A DNA stretch of 64,000 nucleotides from the human T2T-CHM13v2.0 reference genome, Homo sapiens, in the NCBI RefSeq assembly GCF_009914755.1, contig NC_060930.1; one strand, given 5' to 3'. The notes under the pieces were generated by a model, which saw only the letters and a program-made list of their open reading frames with translations, had not been told where the DNA came from and did no database searches. The position numbers and the translations under genes are program-made. Shown here piece by piece: positions 12,201 through 26,550 of this stretch (within the stretch, counting starts at the first letter, position 1; the number at the start of each line of letters is the position of its first letter).

Positions 12201-14284
12201 ACCTGACCTTTCTCTCTGGCTTCCCTTAACATTTTTTCCTTCATTTCAACCTTGGTGAATCTAATGATTATGTGTCTTGGGGTTGCTCTTCTCAAGGAGT
12301 ATCTTTGTGGTGTTCTCTGAATTTCCTAAATTTGAATGTTGGCCTGTCTTGCTAGGTTGGGGAAATTCTCCTGGATAATATCCTGAAGAGTGTTTTCCAA
12401 CTTGGTTCCATTCTCCCCGTCACTTTCAGGTACACCAATCAAACGTTGGTTTAGTCTATTCACATAGTCCCATATTTCTTGGAGGCTTTGTTCATTCCTT
12501 TTCATTCTTTTTTCTCTAATATTGTCTTCATGCTTTATTTCATTAAGTTAATCTTCAATCTCTGATATCCTTTCTTCTGCTTGATCGATTTGGCTATTGA
12601 CACTTGTGTATGCTTCACAAAGTTCTCATGCTGTGTTTTTCAGCTCCATCAGATCATTTATGTTCTTCTCTAAATTGGTTATTCTAGTTAGCAACTCCTC
12701 TAACCTTGTTTCAAGGTTCTTAGCTTCCTTGCATTAGGTTAGAACATGCTCCTTTAGCTTGGAGGAGTTTTTTACCCACCTTCTGAAGCCTACTTATGTT
12801 AATTTGTCAAACTCATTCTCCATCCAGTTTTGTTCTCTTGCTAACAAGGAGTTGTGATCCTTTGGAGGAGAAGAGGTGTTCTGGTTTCTGGAATTTTCAG
12901 CCTTTTTGTGCTGGTTTTTCCTCATCTTCATGAATTTATCTACCTTCCCTCTTTGATGTTGGTGACCTTTGGATGGGGTTTTGGTGTGGATGTGCTTTTT
13001 GTTGATATTGATGCTATTCCTTTCGGTTTGTTAGTTTTCCTTCTAACAGTCAGGCCTCTCTGCTGCAGGTCTGCTGGAGTTTGCTGGAGGTCCACTCCCA
13101 AACCTGTTTGCTTTATGGGTATCGCCAGCAAAGGCTGCAGAACAGCAAAGATTGCTGCCTGTTCCTTCCTCTGGAAGCTTTGCCCCAGAGGGTCACCCGC
13201 CAGATGCCAGCCAGAGTTCTCCTGTATGGGGTGTCTGTTGACCCCTGCTGGGAGGTGTCTCCCAGTAGGAGGCATGGGAATCAGGGATCCACTTGAGGAG
13301 GCAGTCTGTCCCTTAGCAGAGCTCGAGTGCTGTGCTGGGAGATCTACTGCTCTCTTCAGAGCCTGCAGGCAGGAACGTTTAAGTCTGCTGAAGTTGTGCC
13401 CATAGCTGCCCCTTCCCCCAGGTGTTCTGTCCCAGGGAAATGGGAGTTTTATCTATAAGCTCCTGTCTGGGGTTGCTGCCTTTCTTTCAGAGATGTCTTG
13501 CCCAGAGAGGAGGAATCTGGAGAGGCAGTCTGGCTATAGTGGCTTTGCTGAGCTGTGGTAGGATCCATCCAGTTTGAACTTCCTGGCAGCTTTGTTTACA
13601 CTGTGAGGGGAAATCTGCCTACTCAAGCCTCAGTAATGGCAGACACCCCTCCCCACCACCAAGCTCGAGCATCCTAGGTTGACTTCAGACTGCTGGGCTG
13701 GAAGTGAGAAATTCAAGCTGGTGGATCTTAGCTTACTGGGCTCCATGGTGTTGGAATCTGCTGAGCTAGACCACTTGGCTCCTTGGCTTCATCCCCCTAT
13801 TCCAGGGGAGTGAATGGTTCTGTCTCACTGGCATTCCAGGCACCACTGGGGTATAAAAAACAAACAAACAAACAAACAAACAAAAACTCCTGCAGCTAGC
13901 TCAGTGTCTGCCTAAATGGCCACCTAGTTTTGTGCCCAGGGCCCTGGTGGTATAGGCACTCAAGGGAATCTCCTGGTCTGTGGGTTGCAAAGACCATGGA
14001 AAGTGTAGTATCTGGGCCAGAGTGCACCCTTCCTCACAGCACAGTCCTTCACGGCTTCCCTTGGCTAGGGGAGGGAGTTCTCCAACCCCTTGAGCTTCCC
14101 GGGTGAGGTGATGCCCCACCCTGCTTTGGCCCATCATTCATGGGCTGCACCCACTGTCTAACCAGTCCCAGTGAGATGAGCTGGTTACCTCAGTTGGAAA
14201 TGCAGAAATCACCCACCTTCTGTGCTGATCTCACTGAGAGCTGCAGACCAGAGCTGTTCCTATTCGGCTTCTTGCCAGCCACCA

Positions 14285-14564
14285 AGACAGAGTCTTGCTC
14301 CACCACCCAGGCTGGAGTGCAGTAGCATAATCTTGGCTCTCTGAGTTCTTCACCACCTGGGTTCAAGCAATTCTTGTGCCTCAACCTCCCAAGTAGCTGG
14401 GACTACAGGCATGTGCCCACACGCCTGGCTAATTTTTGTATTTTTAGTAGAAATGGGGTTTCACCATGTTGGCCAGGCTGGTCTCAAATTTCTGACCTCA
14501 GGCAATCTGCCTGCCTCAACCTCCCAAAGTGCTGGGATTACAGGCATGAGCCACACGCCCAGCC
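14285..14564 (-). mobile_element. AluS split by the L1; its (TTTA)n tail lies at 7089-7123
   Basis: Alu body resumes directly after the L1 TSD. Alu TSD AAGGCTCT at 7081-7088 and 14565-14572. Confidence 0.92.
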
Positions 14565-15429
14565 AAGGCTCTTTTTTTTTTCTGGAATATTCTTTTTTAA
14601 TTTTTCATGCCATTCATTTGTTAGAGCAATGAGGTCATCTGTTAGATAGAGTATCCCACATTCTGGATTGGCTGGTTGCTTTCTTGTGGTGTCATTTAAC
14701 TTGTTCTTTTGTACTTCTTACTAGATTCTGGTTCAGTGAGGCAAGAATCATTCACAGATGGTGCTGTGTGTTTCCCACTGCATTCCATCCTGGTTGAGCC
14801 ATATGAATGCTGGCCCAGAGGAATCAAAGTCTCAGAGTGAACCTCCTCTTGTCTCCATTTTCTCCGCCATCTCACACCCGGCATTAGAAATTACAATTCA
14901 TCAATCAGCGTGATGAACATTAGCATTTGACCATAAGTCATGAGGATTTCTAAAATTGGAAGTGACTTATAATTAGCAAATTATCTCTGACTCAGAAGAT
15001 TGGCACATAGTGAAACAGAGCAGGTTTTGAGGTCACTGAAAGAGCCTGTTAGAGTAGGGCTCCCATCTGGACTTGGACAGATCTCTGGGGCTGAGTGTCC
15101 TATAAAGTACAGGTAGAAATTTATGCTGTGGTGTGTACATGCACTTTCTTCTGAACCAGAGCCCATGGTTTTCTTCAGAGTCTCAAAGAAATAAATAACT
15201 TTCCAAAAAGACAAAGAGCCTAAGGATTAGAAGGCTGAAAAATAAAGCTTGGAAGGAACTGGCTTTGCTTCAGCTTGCCCAGATATTCACTCCCAACACT
15301 GCAGGAAGCCTCCCATATACCACACGGTGGGAGCGAAGGGGACCTCACATCATCCGAAACTGAACTCATCACATTTCATGCCCCACCCTCTTCTTCCCAT
15401 GCTCAGGGAGGAAAGGGCATTATCATTTT

Positions 15430-15688
15430 CCCAGGCTGGGGTGCAATGGCACCATCTCAGCTGACTACAACTTCTGCCTCCCAGGTTCAAACAATTCTCC
15501 TGCCTCAGCCTCCCAAGTAGCTGGGATTACAGGCGTGCGCCACCACGTCCAGCTAATTTTGTATTTTTAATAGAGAAAGGGTTTCACCATGTTGGTCAGG
15601 CTAGTCTCGAACTCCTGACCTCAAGTGATCCACCCTCCTCGGCCTCCCAAAGTGCTGGAATTACAGGCATGAGCCACCGTGCCTGGCC
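15430..15688 (-). mobile_element. AluS lacking its 3' end and A-tail, within L2-like sequence
   Basis: Begins at cccaggctggggtgcaatgg and ends at gagccaccgtgcctggcc. Confidence 0.9.
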
Positions 15689-16179
15689 TTACATCCAAAC
15701 TTTTAAGTGTATCTCCACAATGTCTCTCAAATCCACCCCTCCCCCTCCCCTTCTGCTGCTCTAGCTTGAGCTGGAACCTCCTTCATCCCTTTTTCCAGCC
15801 CACTTTTTGCTGTATCTTTATTAGTGACCTATGCCTGTGAATAATGGGCCTGGACATGCTTTCCCTCTAATTAAGACTTCCTGGGGGCTTTGTGTTGCTC
15901 CCAAAGCCCAAAGCAGGGTGCATGCCACCAGGAGATGCAGGAACAAAATAGAAGACCTCTGAGTTTATTTTTTCATCTTAAAAATTATGATATAAACCAC
16001 ATGTTGCTAGTATTTGATATATGAGTTGACAGTGTCTATGGGTCACTGTCACTGTATGCTTTACTTAGCTCAGAGGGGGGTCCCAGAGGCACCTTCACTC
16101 ATTCATTCATTCAGGAATGATGCAGATGTGCCACCTACAAACTCGATTATCCGCACACTTAAACTTGAAAACTAAATTT

Positions 16180-16780
16180 TCTAGTCAGCTTAAAAATTAC
16201 CCAAATGAAGGGTTTCAAGAGATTTTGAACCCATTTGTTGAGAATTTCAACTTATCTTTATAACTTCCCAACTAATTGACATCAAAGAAGATAGGAATTT
16301 ACTAGCTGAGTTTCAACAAAAACTTCATACTTCATAACTGACAATGAAATGTGATTCACCATGAATTAGCAGGCACACCCAGTGATTTTTTTCTACATAT
16401 CTTCTATTTTTTTTTTCCATTTTCTTGAGGTGTCTTTTTCAGCCCTGATAGTCATTATCATCAAAGATTACAATAAAATGAACTTAGAATCATTTTGGAG
16501 TGGCTTTCTCACAAAGTGATAGACATGTTTTTTTTTTCAATAAAGCATATTAACTAATTTTTTACCACTTCTTATTGAGGTCAAAATATACTTTTACTAT
16601 TAATAAAAATGATTTTTTAAAAATATTACCTACTTCATCTGTATCTCATTTTAAAATTCCTCTATTTTGTGATTTTTAATGTTTTAAATAATAGTGCATT
16701 ATAGTTGATTTAAAATAACTCATATTTTGTAAATTTATGCTCAAAAAATGTTTTTAAAGATGGTATGAAAGCAAAAGGAT
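16180..16780 (+). mobile_element. hAT-Charlie transposon remnant (degenerate transposase C-terminus)
   Basis: ctaattgacatcaaagaagat...gaggtgtctttttcagccctg...aataaaatgaacttagaa resembles the Charlie hATC dimerisation region (EVSFSA...NKLNLE). Confidence 0.5.
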
Positions 16781-16784
16781 TTGG

Positions 16785-17060
16785 GGCTGGGCGTGGTGGT
16801 TCACAGGAAGCTGAGGTGCGCAGATCACTTAAGGCCAAGAGTCAAAAACGAACCTGGCCACCATGACAAAACCCTGTCTCTACTAAAAATACAAAAATTA
16901 GCCAGGTTTGGTGGTGGTGAGCGCCTGTAATTCCAGCTACTCAGGAGGCTGAGGCAGGAGAATCACTTCAACCTGAGAGGCAGAGGCTGCAGTGAGCCAA
17001 GATGGCGCCACTGCACTCAAGCCTGGGTGACAGAGACTCCGCCTCAAAAAAACAAACAAA
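16785..17060 (+). mobile_element. AluS with small 5' internal deletion
   Basis: TSD AAAAGGATTTGG at 16773-16784 and 17061-17072. Confidence 0.93.
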
Positions 17061-17189
17061 AAAAGGATTTGGAGTCCAATTTCCAACATGACATGCAATG
17101 CTTTTTAGAATAAACCGAGTTGAGTATTCATTCTTGCCTTCTGTCACTACATGTATACATATACATATTACGGCTTCCTAGTCTCTCTA

Positions 17190-17420
17190 GAAAAGGACAC
17201 CTTTCTGGTCTTAGGACTCCTTTACAGCCTTAACAATTATTCAAGACCCCAGAGAGCTTTTGTTTATATGTGTTTTTATTTGTTTATATTTACCATTTTA
17301 GAAATTAAAACTGAGAAAAATGTCACAGCCAGAATTCACAAGTAAACACACCATTAGCTTCCAGAATGCTGACGTCATGACATGTCATGGAGCCTCCGGA
17401 AAACTCCATTGTATACTCCC
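17190..17420. mobile_element. hAT DNA transposon fragment (Arthur1-like)
   Basis: ggtcttaggactcctttaca...aattattcaagaccccagagagcttttgtttat...ttagaaattaaaactgag resembles a hAT terminal region. Confidence 0.5.
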
Positions 17421-17714
17421 TATGCCCTTTTTGCCATCCTCTCTTCTCTCCCTTCATCAGAACATGGTAGAGCTTGTGCCTTCTGCCGTGCATTCTCCCA
17501 GACATCATGGAAAGAACATGACATTTTGTAAAAGAAATATTTAGGTTCAAATGCCAGCTCCATTACCCATGAGTTATTCAGCCTTCAGCAAGTTGCCTCA
17601 TATCTCTGAGTCGCAGTTTGCTCATCTGTAAAATGCTCATTAAATGCTTTCAAAAATATATCAGGGAACTTTTCCCCTCACACTATCAGATAATGCTCTT
17701 TTTATGGATAACCC

Positions 17715-17885
17715 AGCTAAGGGTTCTCAACCCTGGGGACATAGTAGAATCACCCAGAGGTCTTTTAAGTGATGCCAATGCACAGAGATTCCTAGCTGTA
17801 ATTGGCTTGTGATGGCTGTCTCGGGTATTTTATTTTTTTAAGTACCAGTGAATCTAATATGCAGCCAGAGTTTGGAATTGCTAGT
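17715..17885. mobile_element. MER5-type element (preceded by a MIR fragment at ~17520-17660)
   Basis: gggttctcaaccctgg...tagaatcaccca...gtgaatctaatatgcagccagagtttgg. Confidence 0.55.
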
Positions 17886-18865
17886 AGCCAAAAGAGTGCT
17901 GCTTTCAAAGAGCAATTGAGGGAAAGCGAATAAAATTACAATGTATACCTGGGGCATTACAAGAGGGCAGGCACCTTCTTCTGCAGGTGACCAGCTTGTC
18001 ATGTGAACATGCACTAGGTGGTATTTATTACCATTGTGAATCCATTTTAGTATAGAAGTGCCACAAAAACTCAGTGTCCCAGAGACAATATCAGATCAGA
18101 TCAGATATTGATCAGAGATATGCTGCTACCGGTATTGATTATTTTCATAACATCCGCTAATTACCAAAAAGGTACAAACACTGTACTCTCCAGTCAGTGA
18201 CACCCCTCCTTAGAGGCACACTCCATAGCAATGCTTATTATCAGGGTGCTTGATAAGCCTGGAGTCAGATTGAGGGGAGCTAGTGACTGTCTGTGTGATT
18301 GAAGCATCCTTCTTCATATTTGGATATATCCGTCTCCATGTCCCAATGGAGTGAGTCTTCTCTCCTTACGTCTCTCCTTACTCAGCAATAGTCCTTCAGG
18401 ATACTGTCTCCGCATACATGGCTTGATGAGTCCCACCAATGGCTCTGCCTTTGAAACCCTGCCCGTTCTTTGTGTCACCACCCCCACCTTCTGATTGGCC
18501 TACTTTCCTCTAATCCTGGTCAACACTTTCAATTTTAAGCCATAGTCTGTCTCTTCTGGCGACTTCATACATATCTGAACTGGTTTATTACTTAACTCCC
18601 AGAGGAAAATCTATTTCCAAGGTATTACCTCCAGTTACTATCTAAAACCTTGAGTTAGAACTCAGGAATCTGGGAAATCCTTAGAGTTTGTTGGAGTAAG
18701 ATTTGACATGTAGAGTTTCAATTATTATTGGAATACTTTATTATAGTAAGAAGGACATCCAGCTGCTGTCAGACTACACAGGAATCAAAACAAGAGGAGA
18801 TATGATTTACAGCCTGAAGAAGCACAGCAAACAAGCAGGAATTTTCTAATATTAAGAAATTTGAT

Positions 18866-19245
<380 letters not shown>

Positions 19246-19687
19246 CTATCCACTCATCCCCTGCCTTTAAAACAGCACTTATGAGTGCTCTATCATCTTC
19301 CTAGTCCTGTGATTCAGTAAACTTCTGCTCTGGTTTTGGGGACCTGGACTTCATTCAAAGACTTGCTGGTGAAATCCTCCAGGTCCTGGCTGTTCCATGC
19401 CCCTTCACACCAACAGTTTCATGAAGGTGAAATTAATTAACGTATTGGTTGAATACTGAACTAGTTTACCGAATATGCTTCTCTGTGAATTCCAGTTTTA
19501 TAGATTTTCCAGTAGAATAATGAGTCAGAATATAGGAAGTAGTTAGTACTCAACACTTTTCATGATCATCTTTAGAAAACATAACTTTTTAAATGACTTA
19601 AATTTAAGTTTAGAAAACTGAAAAGTCTGGTGGTAGTTTTATCCATTCTTGAGGGTTTAAAGACATCAACAAGTTTGTGGCTCTTAA

Positions 19688-20035
<348 letters not shown>

Positions 20036-21816
20036 CATTTTATTTATTTATTTGTTTATTTATTTATTTTGGCAGTGAAAAAAAAAAACTAAACAGGAGT
20101 AGTTTCAAAGAGTTGAGGGGAAATTGTTGACACAGAGGCCTCTGGCTCCACAAGAGGCTCAATCCCGTTGGCCCAGCACAAGCTACACACGTCCTCAGAG
20201 GCAGCAAAATCATTTGTGGGTCTGTGAAAAATGTACTGTAATTATTTAACCACTGAGTTTAGAGACATATTGCTTAAACCAACTTTATGCTTCTTTTGTT
20301 ATCTATGTAGGATTTTGTATTTTTAAGAAAAGAACAGCTTGATATTTCATGTCTGAACAAAACACACGAATGTCTCTTCCAATCTAAAAGTAAATGAAAG
20401 ATAATACCTGATTGTCAGAAAATTTGTTAATGATGTTATAATAATATAGCATGCGTATATTCCAAGCCATCAGTAAAAGTTAGAAGATTATTCATTATTT
20501 AATATAAATGAAAATGAAATGAAATGTGCAGAAAAAAATTTTAATGAAAAAATTTTAATTAACCAAAAAAAGAGAAGAAGGTTAGAGAGTGTTCATTTGG
20601 AACCTCTTAAATCTGTCTAGTACACCATTGCCCATGCATCAGATTACTCCTCACCTGGTCCACCCCAAAAGCTCCATAACTAGTACTCTTACTTTCAGTC
20701 ATAAGCCCTCCAAACCACTTGCCAAAGTGCAGCCAGTGGGATCTTTCTAAATATCCATGTAATTACGTTCTCCTCCTGGGGTCCATGGAACACCCTAGAT
20801 CTGAAGGATTTCAGGGACAAAGACTTGAATGAAGTCCAGGTCTCTAAACTCTGAGCAGAATTCCACTGACCATAGGACTTGTTTTTAATGGCCCTCAATA
20901 GATTTCCAAAGTCCAGGTTCCTTAATGTGGCTCACAAGGCCCTTTGGTGATATGTGGCCCATGGCTCTCTGCCTCCATTCATACCCACAGAGAATCCAGG
21001 AATGCCCTGAGTCCTCAATCCAGAGCCTGCTTCTGCCATTCCCACCACCTGCACCACCTTTATTCCCTAGCCAAGCCCTATGCATCCTTCATGACTCAAC
21101 TCTAGAGTCCTTTAATTCAAGAGGCACGTGGTCTCCCACTCTCCAATACAATTTAGCTGCTTTTCCTAGGTACTTCCTTGAAACCTGTGTACTTTCTGTC
21201 ACGATTTTATAATTATTGATTAATGTTTATCATACATGTGAATTTCTCAAAGTAGAGGAACTTGATTTTTCTGTGTCTCAAATGCTTAACCCTACATCTG
21301 ACACAGTATGGATTTTCTCTAAAAGTAAATGTTGAGATGATGTTTGAGATGTAAGATTTTTTTAGGGATCAGAATTTGTGTTTTGCCCAGTGTCTGCCCT
21401 CTATACCTCCAACCATGGGCTGAAAAAATGTTTAAATATGAGTAGTTTCTCTTGTGATGATCACCACTAATATACCTCAATTAGAAGGCATGTCACCATT
21501 GAATCAAATATTAATGAAGCATGTCAATCTGAATTTGCATGATGTACAAATATTTTTGTGATTTTTTTAGAAGTCCAGCTTTGTTATAAAGAGGAGGTTT
21601 TTGCATAGGATTTCTTCATCAAGGTAGTGCCTTAAACGCTAATAGCTAGTTGACCCATACAAAACAACTCTAGAATTAAAGAGTGACATTTTGAAGATTT
21701 CCTTTTTTCCCTTGCTCAGGATATTCGGTTCTTCGTTTGCTCCAAAATATCTCACCCTCCTCCCACCCAAATTTATTTTTTATGTTCCCTTTTAACAACA
21801 TTTATTGAGTGCCTCA

Positions 21817-22225
<409 letters not shown>

Positions 22226-22744
22226 TCATGGGGAAAATATGATCATCAGTTGAAACTGGACTGGTGGAAAACAATACCATGTTAGAAATTCTAAGCAGGA
22301 AAGGATTTTTTATAGGAAATGTGATGCTAAGATAACTTCTCTTGCTGGGCAAGAGAAGCTCAGGATAAATTGCTGATGATTTTCAAAAGTATGAAAATTC
22401 AGGAATTACATTTGATGACATTTTCTTCCTGCCTACATCCACTACCTACAGCTGTCATGAGAAGATAATGGTTTCTCCTTCTCCTTTGCTTTCCAGATCT
22501 CTGGTGATTTTTTCTTGGAGGTGAGCCCTAAACAAGAACTCTGCTAGAAACACAGGTCAGGCAATGTTGTTTCCAGGCTTTCAGCCTCAACAGAGAAAGG
22601 GAAGCTGGGAAGGGCTCTTGAAGGTGGTGGCAACTAACACTGCCATGTACTATGTATATTGGGGTGGGTGACTTCTCTACCCTGAAGTAGCCAAGCCGAC
22701 TTTCAGTCTGCAGAAAGGCTATAGGATGTGTATTCCAAAAAACT

Positions 22745-22918
22745 AGAAGAGATTTGAAATGTTCCTAGCACAAAGAAATGATAACTATGTGAGGTCACAG
22801 ATATCTTAATTATTCTGACTGGATCACTACACATCGTACGCATGTATCAAAATATCACACGTATCACATATAGGCATACAATTATGTTTCAATATAACAA
22901 TTAAATTCTTTTAAAAAA
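22745..22918 (+). mobile_element. L1MA/MB 3' terminal fragment
   Basis: ttgaaatgttcctagcacaaagaaatgataa...gtatcaaaatatcaca...acaattatg. Confidence 0.65.
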
Positions 22919-22965
22919 GAGATCCTATACAGAGCTTTCCCTTTGATAGGTCTATGCCTAGCTAA

Positions 22966-23286
<321 letters not shown>

Positions 23287-24899
23287 TTACATCTACTGAC
23301 TTTTATCCTTCTAACTACATAGGATGTAATATTTATGTGTTTTGAGTAATTATTTGGGGGTTAAAGTGTCGTCCTAGGAGGTCTAACACATCAATCCTTC
23401 ATACCAAAGAGTTGACTGCTTCCTGAAATGAATTATAAGGTCTGTTCAAAGTGAAGGTTAGCCACCCCACCCCCCAGGGTAAAGAACATTAAAATGAGAG
23501 ATAAGGTCTGAGTTCACATCCTAAAAAGGCCATTTATTAAACATAAATACGTCATTAGTCTTCTTAAAGACAGTTTCCTCTTTAGTGAAACAGAGATTTA
23601 ATAAGCCTCCCCTCCTATCTCAAAGAGTTATTTTAAGATTCAAAACTAGAATGGGAAAATATATATAAAGATATTTTTGTAAATCATAAATGTTATAAAG
23701 GTCAGAACCCAAGAAGGCTTACCTGGAAAGTTTGCAGGATCTTGGCAAGGGAGACATGAGGACAGGAAAAGAAGCCAGAATTACTGGGGACTAACCTGTC
23801 TGTAGAACTGGGACCTGAGATGGATAGCTAGATTTTCAAGTTATAGTGTCAAAAGGGATATAGTAAGCTTGACACAGTATCAGTATCTAAGAGGTCCAAT
23901 CTGGGGCAAAACAGACTGTCCAGCCAATGGTGAATTTTGGAATCAGGCATTCGGCAGGGTTGACTGAGATCTAGTTGTTTGGATTGATATCTCAACAGCA
24001 GATCAAAGTCCAGACAGTAATATCCCCCACATAGTAGCTTGGCATGGAGTAGGCAATCAATATATTTTTATTGACTTGACCTACTGATAAACAGAATAAA
24101 GGAACACATATCTGGCAATAAGATATCATGTTGTCAAGACCCCAGAGAACCTGAGTGCAGTTCATGAGCTGGCTCCAGGCCCAGATAGGGATTTCAGTGT
24201 TAACCAGGGCAAGCTGCCTAGTGACATGGACAGAGCAAGCTCAGTGAAGGCCAGGAGGAAGAGAAAGGATACAGCTCAAGGGGCTCAAAGACGTTGAAGC
24301 TCACCCCAGACGCAATGGCCTTGGATCCAGCACAAATTCAAAATTGTACCTATGAGTAGGGTTACAGCATCTGATGTACTTCAAGGCTTGGTCAGGCTAG
24401 CTGCGTCAGGACCAGGATGGAGCTAAGAATGAAGGTGGCGGGTGCCCAAAGCTTAACAGAAAGTGAAAATACATATTAATATATTATTCACTGAGTTTTT
24501 AAATATTAACTATTCACCTAAAAAATTAATATTTTTATTTGGGAGGCAAAGGGAGTTTAATTTGGATTTGTTTTAATAATCAGCTTAATAGGTACTAAAA
24601 TTTCTGTTTTTAAAGAATATTTAATGGCATGGGAAATTCTAATGAAGTAATCAAAGAGTTGGTAAATAGTATATGCTACTATGGTCAGAATTCTTTGTGT
24701 GCATATTACTTGTATACAGATATAGATAAAGAGAAAATTGGACATATCTTGCAGAGACTGATAAAAAGTTGTAGAAGGAAATATACCAAAATATATTTAA
24801 CAATAATTTCTGGATGGTAATGCCTATAAATTACTTCTGTTTTGTTCTTTGTAATATCGGGTGTTTTTACAATTCCTGACAATAAGTTTACATTACTTT

Positions 24900-25670
24900 T
24901 ATAATCTTTTTTAAAAGATTTTCTGCAAACCTATCTCTTATAGTATCTCTACAATTCACAGAGAAAGAAGGAATACTCCACAGCTCATTCTATGAATTCA
25001 ATATGACCTCGCTATCAAAATTAGACAAGAATGGAATAAGAAAGGAAAATTACAAGCCAAACTAGGCCATCGATGTATATATACAGGCCCAAATCAACCA
25101 TCAAGTTTTTTTTTTTCAACATAAAAGAAACAAACTCTTGGAAAACCAAGTCTAACTGTGTTTAGAAAGATAATACACTAAGAGCTAGCTGTCTTCATCC
25201 TACAAGAACAATTTATCATAAATAATAGTTTCGTACTGGCATAAGAACAGACAAATTTTCAGTGGAATAGAATGGAGAGGCCAGTTAACAGGGTGTAGAT
25301 GACATCTCAACAGTCTTGACTTGGATTTCCTTGCTCACCAGTGAGACTATCACTTCATATGACACATTTATACATGGAAATTTGTCACATGATGGGGGTG
25401 ACATAGTTGAGCAGTAGAGAAAGGAAGGAATCTTTAAAAAGTACAGTTGGAAAACTGATTATAAATATAGATAAAATTGAATTTGGATTCCTAGCTCCTA
25501 GTCTGCTTAAAAATCAATTACAGACAGAGTAAGGAATTTATATGTCAAAAACAAAACTTTATGAGAGGAATATATATGGGTAAATAGTTTTCTGACTTGA
25601 GAATAGAAAAGAATTCCTTAAACAAGACCAAATATGATATCCTAAAAGAACATATTGACAAATGCGTTGA
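24900..25670 (+). mobile_element. Degenerate old L1M ORF2 fragments
   Basis: ggaatactccacagctcattctatga...aaggaaaattacaagccaa...gtactggcataagaacagaca...tggaatagaatggagag. Confidence 0.55.
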
Positions 25671-26408
25671 ACAACTACACTACACTCCAGGTCCTCCCTC
25701 CAAAATCCTAAACCCAAATCTCATCACGTTTTTCAGTGAAATAAAAATACCTTCTGTTTCCAGCAAGCATCCTCCATAAAAGGCTTTGAAGTTATTAATA
25801 TAATTAGCAAAAAATTCAGTACAGTATCTATTTTTAAACAGCGGTATTAAATTATAAGAACTATTTGTCCATTTACCCTAGTTCCTTGGAAGGCCGTGCG
25901 GAAGAATCAAATGCGCAAAGGTTAAAGCCCACAATTTTCTTCTTGAAGTAAATGGTAGCATTGTTAAGAAACGACCGAGGCCAATTTTCCTTTTTAACAG
26001 TGAGAACAACTTGTAACTAGAAGTCAGAATCTCTATTCAAGTATTTTACACAGTTCTTCTGTGAATTGCATATAGTGGATAGGATCATATTGATCTGTGA
26101 TGTCAAAATCCAGTGCAGAGGCTTCACAGAGGAAGTAAAAGGAGATAAGATGACTACTCACCACTGCTCTGGGCACCAAGGCCCAACCTCTCCTCCTCAG
26201 AGGAGGGCAGTTGTCCAGGTACCTTTTAGCCCCAGCTCACATCTGAGGCTCATTATTCCTGGGTGAGAAAGCAGCTTTGGGGCACTTTCTAGAATGCTCT
26301 ATCATGTGCTAGAGAATGATAATGGTGAATTCCACAGAGAGTTGTGCTTGGAGGATTCCTTCATTCTCAGCTGGGAGAGACAACCACCCCCGGTAGTTGG
26401 CTTTAAAA

Positions 26409-26550
26409 TTTTTTTTTATCTATCTATCTATCATCTATCTATCTATCGATATTTTCACCATGTAGCCCAGGCTGGTCTTGAACTCCTGAGTTCAAGAAAT
26501 TGGCCCGCCTCGGCCTCCCAAATTGTTGGCATGAGCCACCGCACCTGGCC
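26409..26550 (-). mobile_element. Alu monomer (FLAM_C/AluJ-like) with (TCTA)n tail
   Basis: gcccaggctggtcttgaactcctgag...gagccaccgcacctggcc. Confidence 0.8.

Larger units (their letters stand above)
7124..14284 (-). mobile_element. Full-length LINE-1, L1PA6-8-like (inactive), with an internal Alu and a 343-bp duplication
   Basis: 5' end GGTGGCTGGCAAGAAGCCGAATAGGAACAGCTC (reverse complement of ~14251-14283). Fragmented ORF2 pieces: endonuclease GDFNTPL...SKIDH (10764-11735), [14 protein letters not shown]...LFADDMIVY (9294-10115), C-terminus (7345-7710). Poly(A) at ~7124-7140. 12-bp TSD AGACAGAGTCTT at 7112-7123 and 14285-14296. Confidence 0.97.

Noticed and set aside
12854-13405. 183-aa plus-strand ORF antisense to the L1 5' UTR/ORF1 (ORF0-like?)
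   Set aside because: It has a non-ATG start and is derived from L1 antisense sequence. Nothing visible supports an intact ORF0 or translation.
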